A stretch of 25,932 bases of DNA, from IMG/VR virus record IMGVR_UViG_3300038313_000220, positions 1 through 25,932 of that record. One strand, 5' to 3'. The position numbers and the translations under genes were made by a program. How positions within the stretch are numbered: the first letter of the stretch is position 1; each line of letters opens with the position of its first letter. The stretch comes from a virus (Duplodnaviria; Caudoviricetes). A model generated the notes under the pieces. That model saw only the letters and a list, made by a program, of their open reading frames with translations. It was not told where the DNA came from and ran no database searches. Positions 18,152 through 25,932 of the stretch are shown piece after piece.

Positions 18152-18723
18152 ACCTGCTGATTGATGCCGCACCAGAATCGGTAGCCATCAATGACTGTCA
18201 GGTACCTATCCACACCGACTTCCGGATATCCATCCTGTTTGAACAGCTCATGCTGGACCGCACGGTGCCGGATAGTGAAAAGCTGCCGCTGGCACTGAAT
18301 CTGTACTATCCGGACTGTCCTCCTGATTTGTCTGCCGCTGTGAAACAAATGCTTTGGTTTTACCGCTGTGGCAAGCCTAAAGACAAATCACTTGATTCGG
18401 ATAACAGCGGCCGGAAAATTTATGACTATGATTATGACGACGGCTACATTTTTGCGGCCTTTCTAGCGGATTACGGCATCGACTTAGAGGCTATACCCTA
18501 TCTGCACTGGTGGAAGTATAAGGCACTGTTCGACTCCCTGCGGGTAGAAAATAAGTTCTGCCGTATTCTCAACTATCGCGCTGCCGATACCAGCGAAATG
18601 AAAGGAGAACAGCGGCGGGCTTATGAACGTATGAAAAAGCTCTATGCCCTGCCCCGCTCCGCTGATGAACAGGAAAAGCTGGACGATATTGAAGAAAAGT
18701 TACGCCACGGCGGGAAACTGTGA
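18148..18723 (+). CDS. Bacteriophage Gp15-family tail protein/chaperone
   Basis: TDFRISI, DDGYIFAAFLADYGIDL, YLHWWKYKALF; ATGA overlap with the upstream gene. Confidence 0.88.
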   Translation: MNLLIDAAPESVAINDCQVPIHTDFRISILFEQLMLDRTVPDSEKLPLALNLYYPDCPPDLSAAVKQMLWFYRCGKPKDKSLDSDNSGRKIYDYDYDDGYIFAAFLADYGIDLEAIPYLHWWKYKALFDSLRVENKFCRILNYRAADTSEMKGEQRRAYERMKKLYALPRSADEQEKLDDIEEKLRHGGKL

Positions 18724-18738
18724 GGAGGTGAAAAAGAT

Positions 18739-21699
18739 TTGGCTTATGATGGCAGTATTATCATTGACACAAAAATCAATGGGAAAGGCATACAAGAAGG
18801 ACTCGACAGTATCAGCAATTCTGCGGACAGCAAAATTGAAGGCACCGGACAAAAGGTATCTGCTACCAGCAGTGATATGAAAAATAATATCAACAGTGTG
18901 GGCGGCACGGCATCCCAAAATCTTGAAAGCACCGGAAAAAAGCTGACTTCTACCGGCACAAAAATGACACTTGGCATTACAATGCCACTTGGTGTTGTAG
19001 GTAAAAAAGTAGTTGAAACCGGCGCTGATTTTGAAGATACCATGTCTCAAACAGCCGGCGCTTTGGACATACCCATGTCAAGCATGGGGAGCTTACGTAG
19101 TCTTGCTCTTAAAATGGGCGCAGATACCATGTTTTCTGCCAAAGAAGCCGGTGAAGCAATGGTGGAACTGGCAAAAGGCGGCATGAGTGAAGCACAAATT
19201 AAGGGCGGTGCTTTAAAATCCACTATGGATCTGGCAGCGGCATCTGGAATGAACTTAGGAGACTCCGCAAATGTTGTTGTGCAGTCCATGGGCGCTTTTG
19301 GCCTATCCGCCGACAAATCTGCATTAGCTGCAAATGCGTTGGCGGGTGCAGCCGCTGCATCTTCCACAGATGTACGGCCGCTAACAGAAGGTCTTTCCCA
19401 ATGCGGCGCACAAGCGCATTTGGCCGGCTGGAATATACAGGATACGACTGCTGTTTTGGGCATGTTTGCAGATGCCGGTGTAAACGGCGCAGATGCAGGT
19501 ACTTCCTTAAAGGTTATGCTGCAAAGACTCGCTTCTCCGACTGGAAAAGCTGCAAAGCTTATGAAAGCCTATGGAATTAATGTGCGAAATTCGGATGGCA
19601 CTATGAAAAGTGCCTCGGAAATTGCCCAGATTCTACATGATAAGCTTGGAAAATTAAGCCCAGCTACACGAGACGCCGCTTTGCAAACCATTTTTGGGAC
19701 TGATGCAAGCCGTGCTGCTGCTATTATGATGAATAATGGCGCAAAGGGCTTGGCCAAGTACACAAAAGCAACTTACGATCAATCAAGTGCATCCAGACAG
19801 GCTAAAGCCCGTATGGGAGATACACGATATGCCTTGGAACAAATGAATGGGTCTATTGAAACCGCGGCAATTGCTTTGGCTACAATTCTTAATCCGGTGG
19901 TTGCAAAAGTTGCTAAAAAAATTCAAGATTTAGCAAATAAATTCACTGCGTTACCCAAGCCCGCGCAAAAGGCTATTTTAATTATCGCTGGAATGGCTGC
20001 TGCCGCAGGACCAGCACTTGGCGCAATTGGCAAAATGGCAACTGGAATCAGCGCAATTTCTAAACTGTTCTCTCACTTTGGCACTGGTGCCGCAGCCGTC
20101 TCCGGCGTTTGCAAGAAACTTGGTACGGTATTTAAAACGGTTGGCTCTGGCATCGGTTCCGCAGCAAAGGTGCTCGGCTCGGGATTGAAAGTGGTTGGCT
20201 CCGGGTTATTGAAAGGTATTAAAGGAATCGGTACTGCTGTTAAGGGACTTTTTACTTTGCTGGCTGCAAACCCCGCCGCATTGATTGTTATAGCGATTGC
20301 GGCTATCGTGATTGCTCTTATTGCCGCCTATACGCATTGCAAAGCCTTCCGCGACGGTGTGAACGCTGTGTTTGGCACAATCGGGAACTTCTTTAAAACG
20401 ATTGGCACTGGAATTGCAAACTTCTTTTCTAAGACCCTCCCGGCGGCACTTGCAGGGGTGGGAAAGTTCTTTAGTTCTATTGGGTCCAGCATCGGAAATT
20501 TTGTGACGAAAACAGTCCCTTCCGCTTTCAGAGCTCTGCCTGGAATTGTGGGCGGAGTATGGAATAAAGTTCATTCCGGCGCTTCCTCTGCATGGTCCAA
20601 CATTTGTAATGGAATTACTGGATTTGCCAAGAATATCAAAAGCAATGTAGTAGGAGCGTTCAATGCTCTAAAAGGTAATGTTTCCGGCATATGGAACAAT
20701 GTTCATTCCGCTGCTTCCTCCGCATGGAACGCCATCCATTCCACAATTTCTAATAAGGCGAATGATATTAAAAATAAGGCCATTTCCACTTTCAATAACC
20801 TAAAATCCGGAGCTTCTAATATCTGGAATCAAATGCACAGCGGCGCCTCTTCTGCATGGGGCACTATCCATTCAACCATTTCTTCAAAAGCAAACAGCGT
20901 TAGGAACAGCGCCATCTCGGCCTTTAACCAATTGAAAAGCGGTGCTTCTGGAATATGGAATTCCGTTCATAGCCGGGCATCAAGTGCTTGGTCGGGAATC
21001 AGCGGAACGGTTGGGAACTTTGCAAACAGCGCCCGAAACAAAGCTGTGGGGGCATTTAATTCTCTGCGCTCCGGTGTCAGCGGTGTGATGGGAAGGATCA
21101 GCCCGATTATCCGAAACGGCTTTAACGGTGCAATTGGATTCCTTTCTTCCCTTCCCGGAAAAATGTTCCACTGGGGCAGCGAAGCAATCGGTCATCTGGT
21201 GAGTGGAATTCGCAGTATGATAGGCCATGTTGGAAAAGCAGTTGGTGATGTTGCCAACAAGATTAAATCCTTCCTGCATTTCTCGGTTCCGGATGAAGGA
21301 CCGCTGCGGGATATTATGGACTGGCCGCGCGATATGATGCAGCAGTACGGCGGTGGTATCACTTCCAATATGCGATATGTTACGGATGCAGTTTCAGACG
21401 TTGCAGGAAATATGGTGCTACGGCCGAATGCTGGTTTCATTCATCGTATGGTATCGGATATGTATGCAGCAGTCGGTGCAGAATCCGCTAATGTCGCCAC
21501 TCAGTTTTCAGAATATTCGTCTTTTGCTGCCGTGCAGTCGGCACCGCATGTCAGTACAACCGTACAGCCAGCCCCTGTCACGGTACAGACTGACGACCGG
21601 CCTATCGTAATGGACGGGAAAACAGTTGGCCGAGTGCTGGCTCCCCACATCAATGAGGAATTTGGCAAAAACGACATTAAAGTAAAGCGAGGCGGTTAA
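18739..21699 (+). CDS. Tail tape measure protein (TP901-type core)
   Basis: 986 aa Ala/Gly-rich; FSAKEAGEAMVELAKGG, AGTSLKVML, hydrophobic segments, W/F repeats, LHFSVPDEGPL. Confidence 0.95.
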   Translation: MAYDGSIIIDTKINGKGIQEGLDSISNSADSKIEGTGQKVSATSSDMKNNINSVGGTASQNLESTGKKLTSTGTKMTLGITMPLGVVGKKVVETGADFEDTMSQTAGALDIPMSSMGSLRSLALKMGADTMFSAKEAGEAMVELAKGGMSEAQIKGGALKSTMDLAAASGMNLGDSANVVVQSMGAFGLSADKSALAANALAGAAAASSTDVRPLTEGLSQCGAQAHLAGWNIQDTTAVLGMFADAGVNGADAGTSLKVMLQRLASPTGKAAKLMKAYGINVRNSDGTMKSASEIAQILHDKLGKLSPATRDAALQTIFGTDASRAAAIMMNNGAKGLAKYTKATYDQSSASRQAKARMGDTRYALEQMNGSIETAAIALATILNPVVAKVAKKIQDLANKFTALPKPAQKAILIIAGMAAAAGPALGAIGKMATGISAISKLFSHFGTGAAAVSGVCKKLGTVFKTVGSGIGSAAKVLGSGLKVVGSGLLKGIKGIGTAVKGLFTLLAANPAALIVIAIAAIVIALIAAYTHCKAFRDGVNAVFGTIGNFFKTIGTGIANFFSKTLPAALAGVGKFFSSIGSSIGNFVTKTVPSAFRALPGIVGGVWNKVHSGASSAWSNICNGITGFAKNIKSNVVGAFNALKGNVSGIWNNVHSAASSAWNAIHSTISNKANDIKNKAISTFNNLKSGASNIWNQMHSGASSAWGTIHSTISSKANSVRNSAISAFNQLKSGASGIWNSVHSRASSAWSGISGTVGNFANSARNKAVGAFNSLRSGVSGVMGRISPIIRNGFNGAIGFLSSLPGKMFHWGSEAIGHLVSGIRSMIGHVGKAVGDVANKIKSFLHFSVPDEGPLRDIMDWPRDMMQQYGGGITSNMRYVTDAVSDVAGNMVLRPNAGFIHRMVSDMYAAVGAESANVATQFSEYSSFAAVQSAPHVSTTVQPAPVTVQTDDRPIVMDGKTVGRVLAPHINEEFGKNDIKVKRGG
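20560..21087 (+). repeat. Four tandem 132-bp (44-aa = 4x11) repeats in the tape measure gene
   Basis: Trp codons at 20560, 20692, 20824, 20956, each starting WNxxHSxASSAW...FNxLxxxxSxx. Confidence 0.9.
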
Positions 21700-21700
21700 T

Positions 21701-22399
21701 TTGCTTGGCATTAAAATCGGTGATAAGCATACCTATCAAGACTGGGGGCTGCGTCTGCTGTCTTACAGTATCGGCATGCCGGAACCGCAGATGAAAACCA
21801 TTGAAGTGCCGGGCATGAGCAGCGTGCTGGATCTGACCGAAGCACTGACCGGCACAGTCCCCTACAAGCGGCGCACACTGTATTTTACTTTTTCCCTGCG
21901 GGATTTACGCTATGAAAAATGGCAGTCGGTATACTCGGAAATTGCGAACTACTGCCACGGCCAGCGGATGCGGATTGTGCTGGACACAGACCCCGGCTAT
22001 TACTATGACGGCCGCTGCACCGTGTCTTCCTCAAAAGATAACAATGTGGTTTCCGATGTCAGTATCTCTATAGACGCAGAACCGTTTAAACATGAGCTGT
22101 CCTCCACGGTAGAGCCGTGGCAATGGGACGGTTTTAATTTCATTACCGGCGTTATCCGTGACTATGGCGATATTCAGGTAAATGGCAGCAAATCCATGAC
22201 GTTAGTCGGATTCAGCCGGCCGGAAGTGCCGACCTTCACCTGCTCTGCTGCTATGCAGTTGACCATTGGCGGCAACACCTATTCCCTGCCTGCCGGTGAA
22301 TTTCAAAACTCCGACATTATTATTCCGTCGGGTGAAACACCCATTACACTGACCGGCACCGGCACCGTATCCATTTTGTTGAAGGGAGATTACCTGTAA
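21701..22399 (+). CDS. Distal tail protein (Dit)
   Basis: IEVPG...LDLTEALTG.VPYKRR, DPGYYYDGR, AEPFK; position after tape measure. Confidence 0.85.
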   Translation: MLGIKIGDKHTYQDWGLRLLSYSIGMPEPQMKTIEVPGMSSVLDLTEALTGTVPYKRRTLYFTFSLRDLRYEKWQSVYSEIANYCHGQRMRIVLDTDPGYYYDGRCTVSSSKDNNVVSDVSISIDAEPFKHELSSTVEPWQWDGFNFITGVIRDYGDIQVNGSKSMTLVGFSRPEVPTFTCSAAMQLTIGGNTYSLPAGEFQNSDIIIPSGETPITLTGTGTVSILLKGDYL

Positions 22400-24579
22400 T
22401 GTACAAAGTATTGCTGGACGGTAAGCCTATTTATGATCCGTTGATTGGCATTGCACTGACCGACCCGACTGTGGAACTAGCAGAAGGAAAGTCTGGCTCA
22501 TTTACCTGCGGCATTCCACCCGGCAATCCCGGATATGGAAAAATAAAAAAGCTGGTGTCCGTAATCGAGGTGCTGCAGGATAACGACAGCCTGTTTGTCG
22601 GACGCGTGCTGTCCGCTGAAAAGGATTTCTATGGTGTCGAAACCATCACTTGTGAGGGAGAACTGGCCTATCTTCTAGACAGCATCCAGCGGCCGGCCGA
22701 ATATCACGACATAACGGTGCGCGGATTCTTGCAGACACTGATTGATAATCATAACGCACAGGTGGACGAAGCAAAGCAGTTTGAAGTGGGTGAAGTTACT
22801 GTCACCGATTCAAACGACAGCCTGCACCGTTACACCAATTGGGAAACCACACTGGATGACATTAACGATAAGCTGGTATCACGGCTTGGCGGACACATCC
22901 GCATACGCCACGCAGACGGACACCGGTACCTTGACTATCTGGCTGATTTTGACAACACAAATACACAAACGATTGCTTTTGGCGAAAATCTGCTGGACTA
23001 CACGGAGAACACCACAGCAGATGATTTAGCGACCTGCGTAATCCCACTGGGCGCCGCCATTGAAAACCAGACAGACGACCCGCAGGCGCTCCAAAAGTAC
23101 ACCACCTGCGCAGATGCCAATGGCGGCAGCGATTATGTGTGTGACTCTGATGCGATTGCTAACTATGGACGAGTTTTTAAGGTTGTCCATTTTGACAATG
23201 TAACACTGCCCGCAAATTTGAAAACAAAAGGTGAACAGTACCTGCATGACACACAGTTTGAAAAAATGGCATTAACTGTTACCGCTGTGGACAAACACCT
23301 GCTGTCCGGTGATTTTGAACGCATCAAGGTAGGTGACCGCATTCGCTGCCTGTCCAAGCCGCACGGTATGGACCGGTTTTTCCCTGTCACCAAGCGGAGC
23401 ATTCACCTTGACGCCCCAGAGCAGGACACCATCACGCTGGGCGATACGGTATCTGTCAGTTACACAGAACGTGCCAACAAAGACAATGATGCGATTTATC
23501 AGCAGATTGACCATATTCCCCCCCAATCTGCCACACTAAAATTGGCGCAGGACAATGCTACCGCCTTGCTGACAGCTGCCACAACAGGGCATGTCGTCAC
23601 CCGTGCAAATGAAATCCTGATTATGGATACGGATGATACGAAAACTGCCCAGCATGTTTGGCGCTGGGATGTGAATGGCTGGGGGTACAGCAGCACCGGC
23701 ATTGACGGCCCATACAAGCTCGCGGCCACCATGGACGGTGCAATTGTAGCGGACTGTATCACTGCCGGAACAATGAGTGCAGAACACATCCGCACCGGCA
23801 CTCTTAAAAGTCAGGATGATGTTGTTAATTTTGACCTAGACAATGGGTCTCTGACAATTAATATGCATATATCAAAATACTTGTCCAGTTCAAAAATGGT
23901 ACTTAATGGTTCGGGGTTAAGGGTGTTTGATGCTGCTCAAACAAAGCCACAGATGACATTAAGCTGTATTGTCTCAGGAGATACTTTTAATCCAGATGGC
24001 AGTCGGGTTAACTTGGGAGGGACCATTGACATCCCATATTATGACACCAAAGGAAATAAGCTTTCGTCAATTTGGATAGAGGGGGACTATATTTCAATTG
24101 ATGGTCCAACTGGCCTTCCCATTGCTAAAATTTCTTCAGATATGTTATTGGTTGGAAGTCAATCAGCACTTCTGTTCTATGCTGGCCGGGCTGTTAATAC
24201 CGGGGATAATCATGCATCTTTCACTCTTGGGGATGGCACAGAACCGGTATGGATTTTAGGTCCATCCGATGACCCTTCCGGTAGGGATTGGACCATCCTG
24301 TTTGAAAGTGGTTCCTTAAATGATATTGTCATTGGTCGTGATGTATCAATGAACAATAATACTATTTCTCGTGTTAAACTATCTTCTCCAAAGATTGAAA
24401 ATGCCGAATTTGATGGGGCACCCAGCTTTCCGGACGGAATCACAATTGGCGGGGAAACATTGGATGGAAAAAATGATGGCGTAACGCAGAAGTTAAACCT
24501 ATTTGGCGCCGGAGAAAACGGCAGCACAAGACAGCTTGATGTGAAAAATGGACGCATTACTAGCGTGCAGGATCTTTAA
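22399..24579 (+). CDS. Tail-associated/baseplate hub protein (Tal, prophage endopeptidase-tail-like)
   Basis: CEGELAYLLDS, FGENLLDY, VWRWDVNGWGYS, ATMDGAIVAD..TAG; position after Dit. Confidence 0.87.
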   Translation: MYKVLLDGKPIYDPLIGIALTDPTVELAEGKSGSFTCGIPPGNPGYGKIKKLVSVIEVLQDNDSLFVGRVLSAEKDFYGVETITCEGELAYLLDSIQRPAEYHDITVRGFLQTLIDNHNAQVDEAKQFEVGEVTVTDSNDSLHRYTNWETTLDDINDKLVSRLGGHIRIRHADGHRYLDYLADFDNTNTQTIAFGENLLDYTENTTADDLATCVIPLGAAIENQTDDPQALQKYTTCADANGGSDYVCDSDAIANYGRVFKVVHFDNVTLPANLKTKGEQYLHDTQFEKMALTVTAVDKHLLSGDFERIKVGDRIRCLSKPHGMDRFFPVTKRSIHLDAPEQDTITLGDTVSVSYTERANKDNDAIYQQIDHIPPQSATLKLAQDNATALLTAATTGHVVTRANEILIMDTDDTKTAQHVWRWDVNGWGYSSTGIDGPYKLAATMDGAIVADCITAGTMSAEHIRTGTLKSQDDVVNFDLDNGSLTINMHISKYLSSSKMVLNGSGLRVFDAAQTKPQMTLSCIVSGDTFNPDGSRVNLGGTIDIPYYDTKGNKLSSIWIEGDYISIDGPTGLPIAKISSDMLLVGSQSALLFYAGRAVNTGDNHASFTLGDGTEPVWILGPSDDPSGRDWTILFESGSLNDIVIGRDVSMNNNTISRVKLSSPKIENAEFDGAPSFPDGITIGGETLDGKNDGVTQKLNLFGAGENGSTRQLDVKNGRITSVQDL

Positions 24580-24590
24580 GGAGGGATAAT

Positions 24591-25538
24591 ATGGCAAACG
24601 TATCAGACAAGGTCGCACAAATTCGACAAGCGGTCTATGGCAAAGACGTACGTGAAAGTATTGCCTCCAGCATTGAGGCAATGAATGACGAAAGCAAATC
24701 GGCATATGATACCGCCCAGCATGCCCCATGTATCAGCTCTGCGACGGGAAATTGGGAAATTTGGAACATCACAGCAAATGCCTATACGGACACTGGCAAA
24801 CCTGCTCGTGGTGAGACCGGTCCGCAAGGTCCACAGGGCGAGAAAGGCGATACCGGCGCGACAGGCCCGCAAGGTGAAAAAGGCGATACTGGTGCTCCAT
24901 TTGTCCTTGGCACGACGATTTACCCAACACTGGCAGACCTGCAGGCAGCCTATCCCAGCGGCGACACACACGCGTACTATGTTGGTACTGCCGAACCTTA
25001 TTCGATTTATCTCTGGCATGGCAACGCATGGGGCCGTTTTAGTGCTTCCGGACAGGATATGGACAAATATGTGCAGTCCGTCAATGGAAAAACACCCACG
25101 AATGGCGCAGTTGACCTGACAACAGCCGATATTACCGATACTGCTGAAAAACGGTATACCAGTGACACAGAAAAAACGAATCTGTCAACAGCGATACAGT
25201 CTGCAAAAATAGGAGATACAGAAGTACCAAAATCCGGAACGGAATTGCAGCTGCCATCATACCCGTCTGGTGTCCAATTGTTTAGTGCCCCCCTCCCTAC
25301 CTCTGGATGGAACACTTCCGCGCCATATTCGCAAACGGTAAGCATTTCCGGCTTACCGGACAAGGACGGGGATTTCCGGCTTGCACCCACAGCCGCGGGA
25401 GCGCCAACGGCGGCAGAAGAAACCGCATTTTCCTGCATTACCGGCAGCACGGGCACCGCAGGCAGCATCACATTTAACTGCCGCGATACAAAGCCGGACA
25501 CCGATATTCATGTAAGATTGGTGGTGTATGATACATGA
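24591..25538 (+). CDS. Tail fibre/upper-baseplate protein with collagen-like segment
   Basis: IRQAVYGKDVRESI N-terminus; ten G-X-Y triplets at 24810-24899; VQSVNGKT; GWNTSAPYSQTVSISG. Confidence 0.8.
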   Translation: MANVSDKVAQIRQAVYGKDVRESIASSIEAMNDESKSAYDTAQHAPCISSATGNWEIWNITANAYTDTGKPARGETGPQGPQGEKGDTGATGPQGEKGDTGAPFVLGTTIYPTLADLQAAYPSGDTHAYYVGTAEPYSIYLWHGNAWGRFSASGQDMDKYVQSVNGKTPTNGAVDLTTADITDTAEKRYTSDTEKTNLSTAIQSAKIGDTEVPKSGTELQLPSYPSGVQLFSAPLPTSGWNTSAPYSQTVSISGLPDKDGDFRLAPTAAGAPTAAEETAFSCITGSTGTAGSITFNCRDTKPDTDIHVRLVVYDT

Positions 25539-25565
25539 GTCAGTTCTTTCCGGTAGGGAAACACA

Positions 25566-25733
25566 GCAGCGTAGGCAGCGCTTATGGCACATAGCTATAG
25601 CGTTGGCAGCAGCGGTATTGATGGCAAATTTGGTGCCGGTACTGACAGTGCGGTTCGTACATTCCAGCGCAGCAAAGGGTTGTCTGTTGATGGACTGTCT
25701 GGCAAAAACACTTTCGCTGCGCTGTGCAGATGA
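25566..25733 (+). pseudogene. Endolysin remnant: peptidoglycan-binding domain only
   Basis: Frame not in ORF track: AA*AALMAHSYSVGSSGIDGKFGAGTDSAVRTFQRSKGLSVDGLSGKNTFAALCR* (PG_binding_1 pattern DG.FG..T..AV..FQ...GL.VDG..G..T); TAG at 25572-25574; no catalytic domain. Confidence 0.85.
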
Positions 25734-25743
25734 GGTGACAAGT

Positions 25744-25856
25744 GTGGGAGCAATAAATATAGGTTTGCCATTGCAGTAATTGGTTGTTTTATCGGTCTTG
25801 CCGGCTGGCTGAGCGGACGGGATAAGAAGATTTTAGGTGATGGTGAGTGGAAAGGA
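25744..25856 (+). pseudogene. Lysis-module small membrane protein (holin-associated), frameshifted and IS-interrupted
   Basis: GAGGTG RBS with GTG; after a frameshift near 25766 reads AIAVIGCFIGLAGWLSGRDKKILGDGEWKG, then breaks at the IS end. Confidence 0.6.
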
Positions 25857-25932
25857 TGTAATGGTCAAGCATTTTTGTAACGCTACTGTCTAAATTGACT
25901 CAATCCATACCTTGTCTCATAAGGCGTCCGAT
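25857..25932 (-). mobile_element. Right end of a probable IS3-family element (continues beyond the window)
   Basis: Terminal TGTAATGGTCAAGCATTTTTGTAAC; minus strand reads RTPYETRYGLSQFRQ* (stop 25883-25885), like a transposase C-terminus. Confidence 0.65.

Larger units (their letters stand above)
8920..25856 (+). mobile_element. Defective prophage: A118/SPP1-like siphovirus morphogenesis module
   Basis: Canonical co-oriented packaging-head-neck-tail gene order with overlapping start/stop codons; no integrase, repressor or replication genes in the window. Confidence 0.93.

Noticed and set aside
25528-25779. 83-aa ORF that looks like a membrane protein/holin
   Set aside because: Chimera across a deletion; most of it is an off-frame reading of the peptidoglycan-binding domain remnant.
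1-25932. CRISPR array, tRNA/rRNA, att sites, diversity-generating retroelement or invertase system
   Set aside because: No regularly spaced repeats, tRNA-like folds, flanking direct repeats, reverse transcriptase or recombinase were seen by eye.

Overview
Firmicutes-type (clostridial/Oscillospiraceae-like, by inference) accessory DNA in two parts. Left (1-~8.9 kb) is a decaying mobile-element segment: a giant minus-strand polyvalent reading frame (ArdC-N-like + MuF-C-like + N6-adenine methyltransferase + SNF2 helicase, DarB-like; missed by the ORF track because it runs off the left edge) broken by two in-frame stops, an intact HTH-Fic gene, degraded membrane-protein paralogs and an IS3 remnant. 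Right (~8.9-25.9 kb) is an uninterrupted A118/SPP1-like siphophage morphogenesis operon (TerL, portal, minor capsid, scaffold, capsid, head-tail joining, tail tube, chaperones, tape measure, Dit, Tal, fibre). Its minor capsid protein carries a C-terminal predicted RNase toxin followed by a small Cys-rich immunity-like gene. The operon has lost the TerS N-terminus and has no replication/regulation genes in this window, its lysis genes are destroyed, it is bracketed by IS3-type right ends, and it is preceded by an IS-derived TTGACA-17-TAGAAT promoter. It is a candidate domesticated (GTA-like or toxin-delivering) particle, or simply a recently amputated prophage. All family calls are by motif recognition and gene order; no searches were run.
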